64,000 nucleotides of DNA from Candidatus Marinacidobacterales bacterium. GTDB lineage: Bacteria; Acidobacteriota; Vicinamibacteria; Marinacidobacterales; DATDRI01. The notes beneath the pieces were generated by a model. That model ran no database searches, had not been told where the DNA came from, and saw only the letters and a program-made list of their open reading frames with translations. The stretch spans positions 5,888,001 through 5,952,000 of the forward strand of contig OZ245365.1 of assembly GCA_965226495.1 (NCBI GenBank), read 5' to 3'. Both the position numbers and the translations under genes were made by a program. Positions 46,910 through 56,208 of this stretch are shown here, one piece after another. How positions within the stretch are numbered: position 1 is the stretch's first letter; every line of letters starts with the position of its first letter.

Positions 46910-49738
46910 GTGGTCGTTGAAAAACTCAATCGCGCCGACGTTGAGCGACGAATTTTGCGGGCGTTGCGTGAGCTATTGAGCGACTTGGGAGGAGGTCGGG
47001 CGCTCGCCGCGGTGGAGCTCGATGCCTCAATCGAAAGGGATCTCGGTCTGGGAAGCCTAGAGCGAGTGGAGCTCCTCTCCCGACTGGAGAGCGCTTTTGC
47101 GGTAGAGCTTCCCGAATCTGCCTTGGCCGAAGCCGAGACACCCGCCGACCTCGTTGAATTCGTCCTCTCGGTGGAGGCTCCGATCGCCAACGCAAGAGTG
47201 GAAGCCGCGCCGCCGGTCGTTGCCAGTCCATCGCTTTTCGTCGAATCGGAGACTCTCCTCGAAGTGCTTCGTCTCCGAGCAGAGGCGGAGCCTCGAAGAC
47301 CGCACATTCGTCTTCAGGGCGAGCGCGGTCGGGAAGAAGTCATTCGATACGGTGAGCTGCATCGAAGGGCCTGCGAAGTGGCGGGTGGGCTTGCGGAGCG
47401 CGGGGTCGGCCGGGGCGATACGGTGGCCCTCATGCTCCCCACGAGCAGCGACTTCTTCAGTGCCTTTGCCGGGATTCTCCTCGCCGGCGGCGTGCCGGTC
47501 CCCCTGTATCCTCCTTTCAGCCTGGACAGAATCGAAGAGTATGTGGGTCGCCAGGCAGACATCCTCGTCAACTCCCAGGCCGACACGCTCATAACCGTCG
47601 AGCGGGGCCGCTCGGTGGGTCAACTCTTGCGCAGCCGGACGCCCAACATAAGGCATGTCACGACGGTCGACGAGCTTCGCTCGAGCGCGACCGCATTGCC
47701 GGCCCTATCTGTCGATCCGACTGCCCCGGCACTCATTCAGTACACCTCTGGAAGTACCGGCGATCCCAAAGGGGCATTACTTTCTCACCGGAATCTTCTC
47801 TCGAACATTCGAGCGATCGGCGAGGCGCTCGATTTGAAACCGACCGACGTGGGTGTCAGCTGGCTGCCTCTGTACCACGACATGGGTTTGATCGGTTGCT
47901 GGCTGACTCCTCTCGTCTTTGGATTTCCGATCACCATCATGTCGCCGTTGACGTTTCTGTCCAGACCCGAACGGTGGTTGTGGGCGATCCACTCCCGGCG
48001 GGCCACCCTTTCTGCGGCACCTAACTTCGGTTACGAGCTCTGCGTAAGAAAGATCCGAGAGGAAAAGTTGGAGGGACTCGATCTTTCGAGCTGGCGCGGA
48101 GCGCTCAATGGGGCCGAGCCGGTCTCGGCGGACACTATAGATCGGTTCAGTCGAAGGTTTGCGGCCTACGGCTTTCAACCCCAAGCAATGACGCCGGTTT
48201 ACGGTTTGGCGGAATCCTCCCTGGCTCTGTCTATTCCTCCTATCGGTCGTGGACTGCGTGTCGAGAGAATCTCACGAGACCCATTCGAAAACGAGATGCG
48301 GGCGACACCCTCTACCGATAATGATAAGACGGCGCTCCGGTTCGTCTCCGCCGGGTCGCCCCTACCTGGGCATGAGCTTCGGGTCGTCGATGAGGAGGGC
48401 AAGGAACTTCCGGAAAGGGTCGAGGGGGCGCTTCACTTTCGCGGCCCATCCACCATGAGGAGTTACTTCCGAAACACCGAGGCTACGGAGTCGATATCGA
48501 AGCCGGATGGCTGGCTGGACTCCGGGGATCGCGCCTTCGTGGTCGACGGAGAGTATTTCATTACCGGACGCGCCAAGGACATTATCATCCGGGCCGGACG
48601 CAACTTGTATCCCCAGACGATCGAGGAAGTGGTTGCCGACGTGGAAGGAGTGCGGCGCGGTTGTGTCGTCGCTTTCGGTGTCAACGATGCCCGGCTGGGA
48701 ACCGAGAAGGTCGTCGTGGTCGCCGAAGCACGCGTCGAAGCTGACGATGCAAGAGAAAGACTCGCTCTGACGATTCACCAGCGTCTTCTTGACTTGCTTG
48801 GTATCGCGGCGGACGAGGTTCTTGTCGTTCCACCACGCACAGTTCCCAAGACCTCCAGTGGGAAGCTCAGACGCTCGAGCTGTCGAAGCCAGTACCTGAA
48901 GGGGGAGCTCTCGCGAAACAAGCGAGGAAGCCGATTCCTAGTGTGGCAAATGGCCATCCACGCCGCGGTGCTGTCCGTACGTCGCGGCTCGTCCGCGCTC
49001 GGGCGATTTGTCTACGGAGTGTACGTTCTCTTCGTGGCCGCCGGCTTGTTCCTCCCGGTCTGGGCACTTTCCTGGCTTGTTCCCAGATGTCTGTTCTCCC
49101 ACCTATCGCGAATCGGAATCCGACTCTTCTTGTTCTTGGCAGGATACCGCCTTCGAGTAAGCGGTCTGGAGCATCTGGAGGCCGCGATAGAGGGGCCCTT
49201 CGTTCTGGTCTCCAATCATGCCAGCTACATCGACCCGTTGCCTTTGCTGGCGGGGCTCCCGCTCGACTTCGCCTTCGTCGTCAAGAGCGACGCCATGGCT
49301 TGGCCGTTGATGGGAAGACTCATTGAGCGTCTCGGTCACCTGTCGGTTGAGCGCGGCGATCGAAAAAGCAGCGTTAGAGACGCGGAAAAATTTGGGGATG
49401 CCTTGAAGGAGGGGCGCTCGGTCTTCTTCTTCCCGGAAGGGACCTTTACGCGTGCCACTGGATTGCGTCCCTTCAAGATGGGTGCCTTCAAGCTGGCGGC
49501 CGAAGGGGGTTGGGCCATTGTGCCGATAGCGCTCGTGGGTACCCGACGTTTTCTGAGAGATGGGACGTGGCTTCCTCGCGCGAGTGAGCTTACGATTGTG
49601 GTGGAGGCCCCGCTTCTCGCCAGGAACGCCTCGCTCGCTGAGATGGTTCGTTTACGAGACCAGGCAGCGGAGCAAATCGCACGCCACGTCGGCGAACCGC
49701 GGCTCGATTTAATTTCTGCGGGTCGACCATTGTCTTAG
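46910..49738 (+). CDS. ACP / fatty acyl-AMP ligase / PlsC acyltransferase fusion
   Basis: DLGLGSLERVEL carrier Ser; QYTSGSTG, VSWLPLYHDMGLIG, YGLAE, KTSSGK; NHASYID and FPEGT. Confidence 0.9.
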   Translation: MVVEKLNRADVERRILRALRELLSDLGGGRALAAVELDASIERDLGLGSLERVELLSRLESAFAVELPESALAEAETPADLVEFVLSVEAPIANARVEAAPPVVASPSLFVESETLLEVLRLRAEAEPRRPHIRLQGERGREEVIRYGELHRRACEVAGGLAERGVGRGDTVALMLPTSSDFFSAFAGILLAGGVPVPLYPPFSLDRIEEYVGRQADILVNSQADTLITVERGRSVGQLLRSRTPNIRHVTTVDELRSSATALPALSVDPTAPALIQYTSGSTGDPKGALLSHRNLLSNIRAIGEALDLKPTDVGVSWLPLYHDMGLIGCWLTPLVFGFPITIMSPLTFLSRPERWLWAIHSRRATLSAAPNFGYELCVRKIREEKLEGLDLSSWRGALNGAEPVSADTIDRFSRRFAAYGFQPQAMTPVYGLAESSLALSIPPIGRGLRVERISRDPFENEMRATPSTDNDKTALRFVSAGSPLPGHELRVVDEEGKELPERVEGALHFRGPSTMRSYFRNTEATESISKPDGWLDSGDRAFVVDGEYFITGRAKDIIIRAGRNLYPQTIEEVVADVEGVRRGCVVAFGVNDARLGTEKVVVVAEARVEADDARERLALTIHQRLLDLLGIAADEVLVVPPRTVPKTSSGKLRRSSCRSQYLKGELSRNKRGSRFLVWQMAIHAAVLSVRRGSSALGRFVYGVYVLFVAAGLFLPVWALSWLVPRCLFSHLSRIGIRLFLFLAGYRLRVSGLEHLEAAIEGPFVLVSNHASYIDPLPLLAGLPLDFAFVVKSDAMAWPLMGRLIERLGHLSVERGDRKSSVRDAEKFGDALKEGRSVFFFPEGTFTRATGLRPFKMGAFKLAAEGGWAIVPIALVGTRRFLRDGTWLPRASELTIVVEAPLLARNASLAEMVRLRDQAAEQIARHVGEPRLDLISAGRPLS

Positions 49739-50135
49739 GTGGTGTCCGAGTCGTAACCGTTTTGGATCGCGTCCACCTCTATTTCGATGAGCATGTCTTT
49801 GTGGATGAGAGAACGGACCTCGATCATGGAGGTGGCGGGTGGATGCTCGGCGAAGAACTCCTGGTGGGCCCGTCCGAATTCTTCCCAGCGACCGATATCG
49901 GTCACGAACATTCGAGTGCGGACCACCGCGGCGCGGCCAACGCTGAGCTCTTGGAGCGCCTTGTCGACGATCTCGAGGCATCTCTTGGCCTGAGCGTAGC
50001 CGTCACCCACAGCGAACACTCCACCGTTGTCATCGACCGGCGCGGTTCCGGAAATGAAGATATGGTCCCCCGCCTTCACGGCGCGGCAATATCCGACCTT
50101 CGACTCCCAGGGGGCGCCGGAGAAGACGCGTTTTG
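49735..50135 (-). CDS. RidA-family protein; canonical start codon not found
   Basis: RVFSGAPWESKVGYCRAV...ISGT..VRTRMFV..P.TSM..IEIE. Confidence 0.85.
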
Positions 50136-50140
50136 GAAGG

Positions 50141-52063
50141 TTAGTTTTTGAGATTTTCTTTGATATCCAGGTTGCGGATAAGACGATGGAGGTAGTTGGG
50201 ATGGAGACCGAGGAATTTTGCGGCCTCGGTGTAATTACCGCCGGATTGCTTGACCGCCTCGATGATCAATTCCTTTTTCTTCTCGCTGACCGCATCGTGG
50301 TACTTCGTCAGGGAGGTGCCGGACGCGGGACCCGTTTCGGTCAGCGTTTCCGGCAAGTCTTCCGGCAATATCACATCGGTCGAGCCTAGGACGACCGAGC
50401 GTTCGATGGCGTTTTCCAGTTCTCTGATGTTGCCCGGCCAACGATAGCGTTCCAACATCTTTACCGCTTCGGCCGAGAGGCCGGTAACCCGCCTCTTCGT
50501 TTTCCCGCTGTACTTCGATGTGAAATAGCTTGCAAGCGTCGAGATGTCTTCGCGACGCTCCCGAAGGGGTGGCAGCGTGATGGCCACGACGTTGAGACGA
50601 TGGAAGAGATCTTCGCGGAAGGCCCCCTTCTTTACTTCCTCCGCCAGATCGCGGTTGGTGGCGGCGACGAGCCGGATGTCCACTCGAATGGGCCGGGTTC
50701 CGCCCACCCGGTCGAACTCGCGATCCTGCAGCACCCGTAGCAACTTCGCTTGGAGAGAGGCGGGAAGCTCGCCAATCTCATCCAAGAAAGCCGTTCCTCC
50801 GTTGGCAATTTCTAGCTTGCCCTTCTTCTGGGCGATGGCTCCCGTAAAGGCCCCCCTCTCGTGTCCGAAGAGCTCACTTTCCAAGAGGTTTTCCGTCAGG
50901 GTCGCGCAATCGATCTTCACCAGTGGCTTGCGCGCCCGACGGCTATTGATATGAAGCGCCCGCGCGACGAGCTCCTTTCCCGTACCACTTTCTCCATGGA
51001 TGAGGACGGTGGCGTCGGTGGGGGCCACCTTGGCGATAAACCGATAGACTTCCCGAAGGCGGGGGCTTTCACCCACCATGTTGTGCTCGAGATCGTAATC
51101 ATCTCGCAACCGGAGGTTTTCTGACTGCAAGTCGTCCAAGCGATACACGTTTTGCAGGGCCGCGGCCGCGATTCCAGCAATCGCGGTCAAGAGCTCGAGT
51201 TGGTCTTCGTGGAACTCGGCCTCGGGGTCCTGGGAATCGAGGTAAATGGCACCGATCACACGCTCCGAGCGAATGAGCGGCAGGCAAAACACAGACTGGA
51301 TGCCGCGTCCGATGAGGCTCTTGGCGTCACGAAACTTCGCACTCTCCTCGAGACGATTGCTCAGGATCGCTGCTTTTTCGTTAATCGCTTGGGCGACGAT
51401 GGTCCGGCTCACTTGAACCGACTGTTTCCCGGAATGGTCCAAACCGAAGGATGTGACGAACTCCTTCGAATTTTCTCCGGGACCGAGCAATATAGCTCCC
51501 CTCTGAGCCGGTACGATGGCGAAGATCTGCTCGAGAATCGTTCGTTGAAGGGCGTTGACGTCTTGTTCCGACGCGAGCGCGTTGCTTACTTTTAGCAGGG
51601 CGCTCAAATCCCGTTCTACGCGGGCCGGCGGAATCTTCGCCGAGTGGAGTTTGCTGGGATTCAAATATACGGCATCGTCTCGGCGGAGCCGCACGGTCGG
51701 ACCAAACGGAGATGCCTCCTCGGCCAATTCAACTTCGGCCGACGGCGTCGCATCCACCTCGTGGAGCAGGAACAAGAACATAGCGCCGGCGAAGCCGATG
51801 CGATCCTCGTGCTCGAGCAATTGCTCTTTGATGGGGACCCCGTTAACGAAGGTTCCGTTGTGGCTACCTAGATCGATGACTTTGAACTGCCCGTTCTGGT
51901 TCCTGATGACGCAGTGCTCTCTCGAAATCCAATGTTCGTTGATGCAGACCAGGTTCTCCGGGTCCCGTCCGATGGAGGTCTCCTCTTCTTCAAGCGGGAT
52001 GACGGTTCCCTGGAGTCGGCCACTGACCGCTACTAATCGGGGAATCGTGGTGTCGTTTCCCAT
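50141..52063 (-). CDS. FHA-GAF sigma54 enhancer-binding protein
   Basis: FHA (IGR..SREH..S.NGT), [25 protein letters not shown] and a Fis-type HTH. Confidence 0.93.
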   Translation of the reverse strand: MGNDTTIPRLVAVSGRLQGTVIPLEEEETSIGRDPENLVCINEHWISREHCVIRNQNGQFKVIDLGSHNGTFVNGVPIKEQLLEHEDRIGFAGAMFLFLLHEVDATPSAEVELAEEASPFGPTVRLRRDDAVYLNPSKLHSAKIPPARVERDLSALLKVSNALASEQDVNALQRTILEQIFAIVPAQRGAILLGPGENSKEFVTSFGLDHSGKQSVQVSRTIVAQAINEKAAILSNRLEESAKFRDAKSLIGRGIQSVFCLPLIRSERVIGAIYLDSQDPEAEFHEDQLELLTAIAGIAAAALQNVYRLDDLQSENLRLRDDYDLEHNMVGESPRLREVYRFIAKVAPTDATVLIHGESGTGKELVARALHINSRRARKPLVKIDCATLTENLLESELFGHERGAFTGAIAQKKGKLEIANGGTAFLDEIGELPASLQAKLLRVLQDREFDRVGGTRPIRVDIRLVAATNRDLAEEVKKGAFREDLFHRLNVVAITLPPLRERREDISTLASYFTSKYSGKTKRRVTGLSAEAVKMLERYRWPGNIRELENAIERSVVLGSTDVILPEDLPETLTETGPASGTSLTKYHDAVSEKKKELIIEAVKQSGGNYTEAAKFLGLHPNYLHRLIRNLDIKENLKN

Positions 52064-52195
52064 TCACTCCCTCTGAAAGTTGTCTGAGGTCCGCGTATCG
52101 GCAAAGCGTACCAATTGGATAGCTGGACTTCAATTGTCTTCCATTGTCGGGGCTCGTATCCGACGATCGTACTGAAATCTTGCCATAATGGCGGA

Positions 52196-53044
52196 ATGAC
52201 ACATCGATCACTTCGGGTGGGGCAGATTCTCGCTGTTGCCACTCTCTGCGGAGTCGGTGCGTCAGCCGAAGAGCTTCGTTCGGAAGCGTTACGTGCCTGG
52301 GACGCCTATGTGGAGCTGACCGAGCAAAGAATCGCCGAGGAACTGGAGAGCGAAGAAGGGTTCTTGGTGATGGATTTCTTGCCGCCCGCCGATGCGAGCC
52401 GGGCCCAGGAGGTTATGTTTTCGAGGGACGTCTTCGTTTTGAAAATGGAGACACGTAACGAGGAGGGACGAAAGATCGAAGTTCCGGACGGGATGATCCA
52501 TCATTGGTATGGATCCATCTTCGTGCCCGGAGCGGCGCTTCTAGACGTCATCGCGTGGGAGCAGAACTATGCCCAGCACTCCGATTATTTCGACGAGGTG
52601 GTGGAGTCCCGACTCCTGTCCCGCGAAGAAGACGTCTTTAGTGTTTTCCTCAAACTGAGGCGGAAAAAGGTCATTACCGTGCAGTACAACACCGAGCACC
52701 TCGTGGTCTACGCAAGCTATGGACCGACGCGGGCTTCCAGCAAGAGTGAGGCTACTCGCATCGCCGAGCTCGAGGACCCCGGAACGCCCCGGGAGCGGGA
52801 GAAATCGCCAGGACTGGACAGTGGCTTCCTCTGGAAGTTGAACTCTTACTGGCGGTTCAAGGAACTACCCGGCGGCGTCGCGATCGAGTGCGAATCGGTG
52901 AGCCTGAGTCGAGGTATCCCTTCCGGCCTCGCGTGGATGCTTCGAACCTACGTGGAGTCGGTGCCGAAGGAGTCACTCGAAAAAGCTCTGGTGCCCATCC
53001 AACGTAGTCTGGGTAGCGCGTCCAATGAAAAGGACGGCCGGTAG
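52196..53044 (+). CDS. Exported hypothetical protein, possible START/SRPBCC-like fold
   Basis: Signal peptide; IHHW.G, GFLW.LNSYWRF, ECES.SLSR; paralog of 55262-56146. The fold call is inference. Confidence 0.7.
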   Translation: MTHRSLRVGQILAVATLCGVGASAEELRSEALRAWDAYVELTEQRIAEELESEEGFLVMDFLPPADASRAQEVMFSRDVFVLKMETRNEEGRKIEVPDGMIHHWYGSIFVPGAALLDVIAWEQNYAQHSDYFDEVVESRLLSREEDVFSVFLKLRRKKVITVQYNTEHLVVYASYGPTRASSKSEATRIAELEDPGTPREREKSPGLDSGFLWKLNSYWRFKELPGGVAIECESVSLSRGIPSGLAWMLRTYVESVPKESLEKALVPIQRSLGSASNEKDGR

Positions 53045-53051
53045 GAAATTC

Positions 53052-53077
53052 AGATAGCGATCTATCCGATCGGATAG
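53052..53077. promoter_or_regulatory. Putative operator/UAS array C
   Basis: AGATAG-cgat-CTATCC-gatc-GGATAG, about 107 bp upstream of a sigma54 site. Confidence 0.6.
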
Positions 53078-53182
53078 CTCCCGGCGTTCTCCGACCCTTC
53101 GGCAATGCTAAGCCGACGCCCCAACCTCCTCTGTACCAAGGAATTAGTGGAGGGGTGCACAATCGGGCCAAGGGCCGCTTCC

Positions 53183-53198
53183 TGGTACGCCCATTGCA
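53183..53198 (+). promoter_or_regulatory. Putative sigma54 promoter
   Basis: TGGTACGCCCATTGCA (GG-N10-GC). Confidence 0.7.
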
Positions 53199-53263
53199 CT
53201 CTAGTTCCGTGGGACGCGGCATCTTCGCTCGCCCCCCCATTGATATCGACAAGGAGGAATCGG

Positions 53264-54013
53264 ATGAATGAAACGAATATCGGTCACTCCCGAGTGAACA
53301 CAAGCCTGACCGCCGGAGTCGAGAAACGGGCGCTGGTCTGGTTGGCTCGACGTGCGCCGTCCTGGGTGAACTCCGATCACCTGACGCTTCTGGGGCTGGC
53401 CGCGATGTTTTTGGCCGGTTTCAGTTATTGGGCCGCGCAGTGGAACCCGTACCTGCTTTTCGGAGTCGTCATCGCTTTGGTTCTCAATTGGTTGGGTGAC
53501 AGTATGGACGGCACGCTGGCCCGAGTCCGGGATCGGCAACGACCTCGCTACGGTTTTTACGTCGACCACATCGTGGACGTCTTTGGGGCGGCGGCTGTTC
53601 TCATCGGGTTGGCTCTTTCCCCGTACATGAGCTCTATGGTGGCCTTGGGGCTGCTACTCGTCTACCTGATGCTTTCCGCTGAAATCTACTTGGCGACGCA
53701 TACCGTCGGGACATTCAAGATCTCTTACTGGATCTTCGGAGGTACGGAGCTACGCATCGTGCTGGCCGCCGGGACAGTGTACGCGCTCTATCGTCCTGAA
53801 GTGATCTTGGCCGGAACGACCTACCTTCTCTTTGATGTTGCCGGCGTCATCGCTATCGCTTGTCTCGGTGTGACGCTTCTCGTTTCGGTATTTCGGAATA
53901 CCCGAACTCTGTACTTCGCCGAGCGGCTTGCCCCGCTGCGCCAAGCCCATTCGAAGCCGATGATGGTGCGCTCATCCGGCACGCCCATCCGACAGCGTGG
54001 CTTCGTAGCATGA
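53264..54013 (+). CDS. CDP-alcohol phosphatidyltransferase
   Basis: DSMDG.LAR........G..VD...D signature; AAGGAGG RBS. Confidence 0.92.
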   Translation: MNETNIGHSRVNTSLTAGVEKRALVWLARRAPSWVNSDHLTLLGLAAMFLAGFSYWAAQWNPYLLFGVVIALVLNWLGDSMDGTLARVRDRQRPRYGFYVDHIVDVFGAAAVLIGLALSPYMSSMVALGLLLVYLMLSAEIYLATHTVGTFKISYWIFGGTELRIVLAAGTVYALYRPEVILAGTTYLLFDVAGVIAIACLGVTLLVSVFRNTRTLYFAERLAPLRQAHSKPMMVRSSGTPIRQRGFVA

Positions 54014-54456
54014 GGTCCCCACTGTTCAGGCGATGGATCAAATTCAACTTCATTGGTGGCATGGGCGTCGCGGTACAGTTCATCGTCCTGAGTGTTCTTG
54101 CCGGTTCGGTAGGATTGCACTATCTCGTAGCAACCGCTTTGGCTGTAGAGACGGCAGTGCTTCACAACTTCGTCTGGCATGAGCGATGGACCTGGGTGGA
54201 CCGTCGAGGGGCGCACCGCAGCACAAGGGTCGAGCGACTCGTACGCTTCCACCTTGCGAACGGAGCCTTTTCCATTTTGTCCAACCTCGTGTTCACGGGA
54301 GCGTTCGTCGAATTTCTGGGTCTTCACTATCTTGTTGCGAACTTGCTCAGCATCGCGATGTGCTCCGTTCTCAATTTCCTCGTCAGCGATCGATTCGTAT
54401 TCGCCGTTCCCGCGACCGAGGTTCCAGTGGCACCTTGCGGATACTCCAATGAGTGA
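54010..54456 (+). CDS. GtrA-family flippase-like membrane protein
   Basis: KFN..G, NF.W...WTW, NFLVSDRFVF; ATGA overlap. Confidence 0.88.
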   Translation: MRSPLFRRWIKFNFIGGMGVAVQFIVLSVLAGSVGLHYLVATALAVETAVLHNFVWHERWTWVDRRGAHRSTRVERLVRFHLANGAFSILSNLVFTGAFVEFLGLHYLVANLLSIAMCSVLNFLVSDRFVFAVPATEVPVAPCGYSNE

Positions 54457-55265
54457 CAACAGGGGGGGCTGTGATTAGAAAGACTCTTAGTCCGTTTTTC
54501 CCTCTCCCTCTGGGAGAGGGTGGCGTCAAGGAACGCGGTGCCCCAGTCGACGTAATCACACGCCGGGTGAGGGCGAAAGGCTTTCTTTTTTCTCTTTGTC
54601 TTCTCTTACTCCAGGCGGTGTTGCTCTTCAGCATATCGTTGGCGGAGGCCGACGAATCGTCCACCGAGCCGATCCTAGAGCGGATGGCCGAGGCGTCCCG
54701 GGCTCTGACCAGCCTCGAAGCCGATCTCGTGCAAGTGAAGTCGTACCCGCAACTTTCCTTGACCGATCCGCCGGAAATCGGGCGGATCCATCTGCAGCGT
54801 GCGAAGCCGACACGGCTGAGGTTCGAGATCACCGAGCCCGAAAGCCGAATCGTCACGGTGGACGATGGCGAGTACGTTCTCTATCAACCCAAGATCAAGC
54901 AGGCGATGGTGGGGAAACTCGATCCCAACGCGAGCCGAGGTCGAAGTGGGTTCTTGACGTTCCTGGTAGGAGATCTTTCGAGCGCTGAGGAGGATTTCGA
55001 GATCGTTTTGTTGGGTGAAGAAGAGGTGAAGGGTAAGCAGGCCTACCACCTTCGTCTAACCGCTAGGCCGGAGACGGAGAGCATGTACCGGCAAATTGAT
55101 CTCTGGGTCGATCAAGAAATCTGGCTTCCGGTTCGCCAAGAGCTTGTCGAGCTCAATAACAGCGTCAGCAGGATCGATCTCGAGAACGTCGTTCTTAACC
55201 AAATCATCGAGGATAGTGTCTTCAAGCTCGACCTTCCCTCGGATGTGGAACGAGTCAAGGGATGA
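54453..55265 (+). CDS. LolA-like periplasmic carrier protein
   Basis: Signal-like segment; SLEAD..Q, G.I...R..P..LRFE..EP, YQP..KQ, FKLDLP; start may be GTG 54567. Confidence 0.8.
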   Translation: MTTGGAVIRKTLSPFFPLPLGEGGVKERGAPVDVITRRVRAKGFLFSLCLLLLQAVLLFSISLAEADESSTEPILERMAEASRALTSLEADLVQVKSYPQLSLTDPPEIGRIHLQRAKPTRLRFEITEPESRIVTVDDGEYVLYQPKIKQAMVGKLDPNASRGRSGFLTFLVGDLSSAEEDFEIVLLGEEEVKGKQAYHLRLTARPETESMYRQIDLWVDQEIWLPVRQELVELNNSVSRIDLENVVLNQIIEDSVFKLDLPSDVERVKG

Positions 55266-56146
55266 GCGCGCCCCGGATTGTCTTGGGATTCGTGTTTCTT
55301 GGCGCGACACTGCTGCCGACTGCTCAAGCGATGGCCGCCAAGCTACAAAGCAAAACCGTCAGGGCCTGGGACCGTTACGTCGCGCTCACCGAAGCAAGGA
55401 TCGAAAACGAGTTGGAATCAGACGATGGTTTTTTGGTGAGAGAGTTCCTTCCAACAGAGCAAGCTGAATGGTGCAAGCAAACGATCGACGAGGGAGGCAT
55501 TTGTGTCGCCGCAATGGAGACTCGTGACAAGGATAGGAGGGCGGTCGGTATTCCATCTGGGATGGTGCATCACTGGATGGGGTCCATCTTCATCCCAGAT
55601 ATCTCGCTCCAAGACCTCTTGGGATGGGTTCAGAACTACTCGCAACACCACGAACGGTTTCCGGAGGTCGAGGAGTCGCGACTCCTTGCTAGGGATGGAG
55701 ACAGTTTCCAGATATTCCTGAGACTGAAGAGACAGAAAGTCGTTACTGTTTTCTACAACACCGAGCATCACGTGGAATACCAGCGCCATGGCTTCAATCA
55801 GGTGTCCAGCCGGAGCGCCGCGACACGGATTGCCCAGCTTGAGAATCCAGGTGAGGCGATAGAGCGCGAGAGACCGGTGGGGGAGGACAGCGGTTTCCTC
55901 TGGAGGCTCAATTCCTACTGGCGATACCAACAGGTCGACGGTGGTGTGATCGTAGAGTGTGAGTCCATCGGACTGAGTCGAGGGATTCCCGTCGCGGTGA
56001 AATGGTTGGTGTCACCCTTCGTGGAATCGGTGCCGCGGGAATCTCTGGAGAGTACGTTGAGTGGTATCTGGCACGGGAGTCGTCGTTTAGCTCTCGAAAT
56101 CCAATTAGGGCCTGGGGCTCCACCCCCAGGCCGGTCGCTCCGGTGA
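55262..56146 (+). CDS. Exported hypothetical protein, paralog of 52196-53044
   Basis: Shared motifs WD.YV.LTE.RI, HHW.GS.F.P, LNSYWR, VP.ESL. Confidence 0.75.
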   Translation: MSAPRIVLGFVFLGATLLPTAQAMAAKLQSKTVRAWDRYVALTEARIENELESDDGFLVREFLPTEQAEWCKQTIDEGGICVAAMETRDKDRRAVGIPSGMVHHWMGSIFIPDISLQDLLGWVQNYSQHHERFPEVEESRLLARDGDSFQIFLRLKRQKVVTVFYNTEHHVEYQRHGFNQVSSRSAATRIAQLENPGEAIERERPVGEDSGFLWRLNSYWRYQQVDGGVIVECESIGLSRGIPVAVKWLVSPFVESVPRESLESTLSGIWHGSRRLALEIQLGPGAPPPGRSLR

Positions 56147-56208
56147 CTTCGCACCTGCGCGACAGCTGAAGGCTCCCCGGGCGACGGCGTCCGACGGCGT
56201 CCGACGGA

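Noticed and set aside
52111-52122. Fourth GGATAG array near the activator promoter
   Set aside because: Only one good half-site, so it could be chance.
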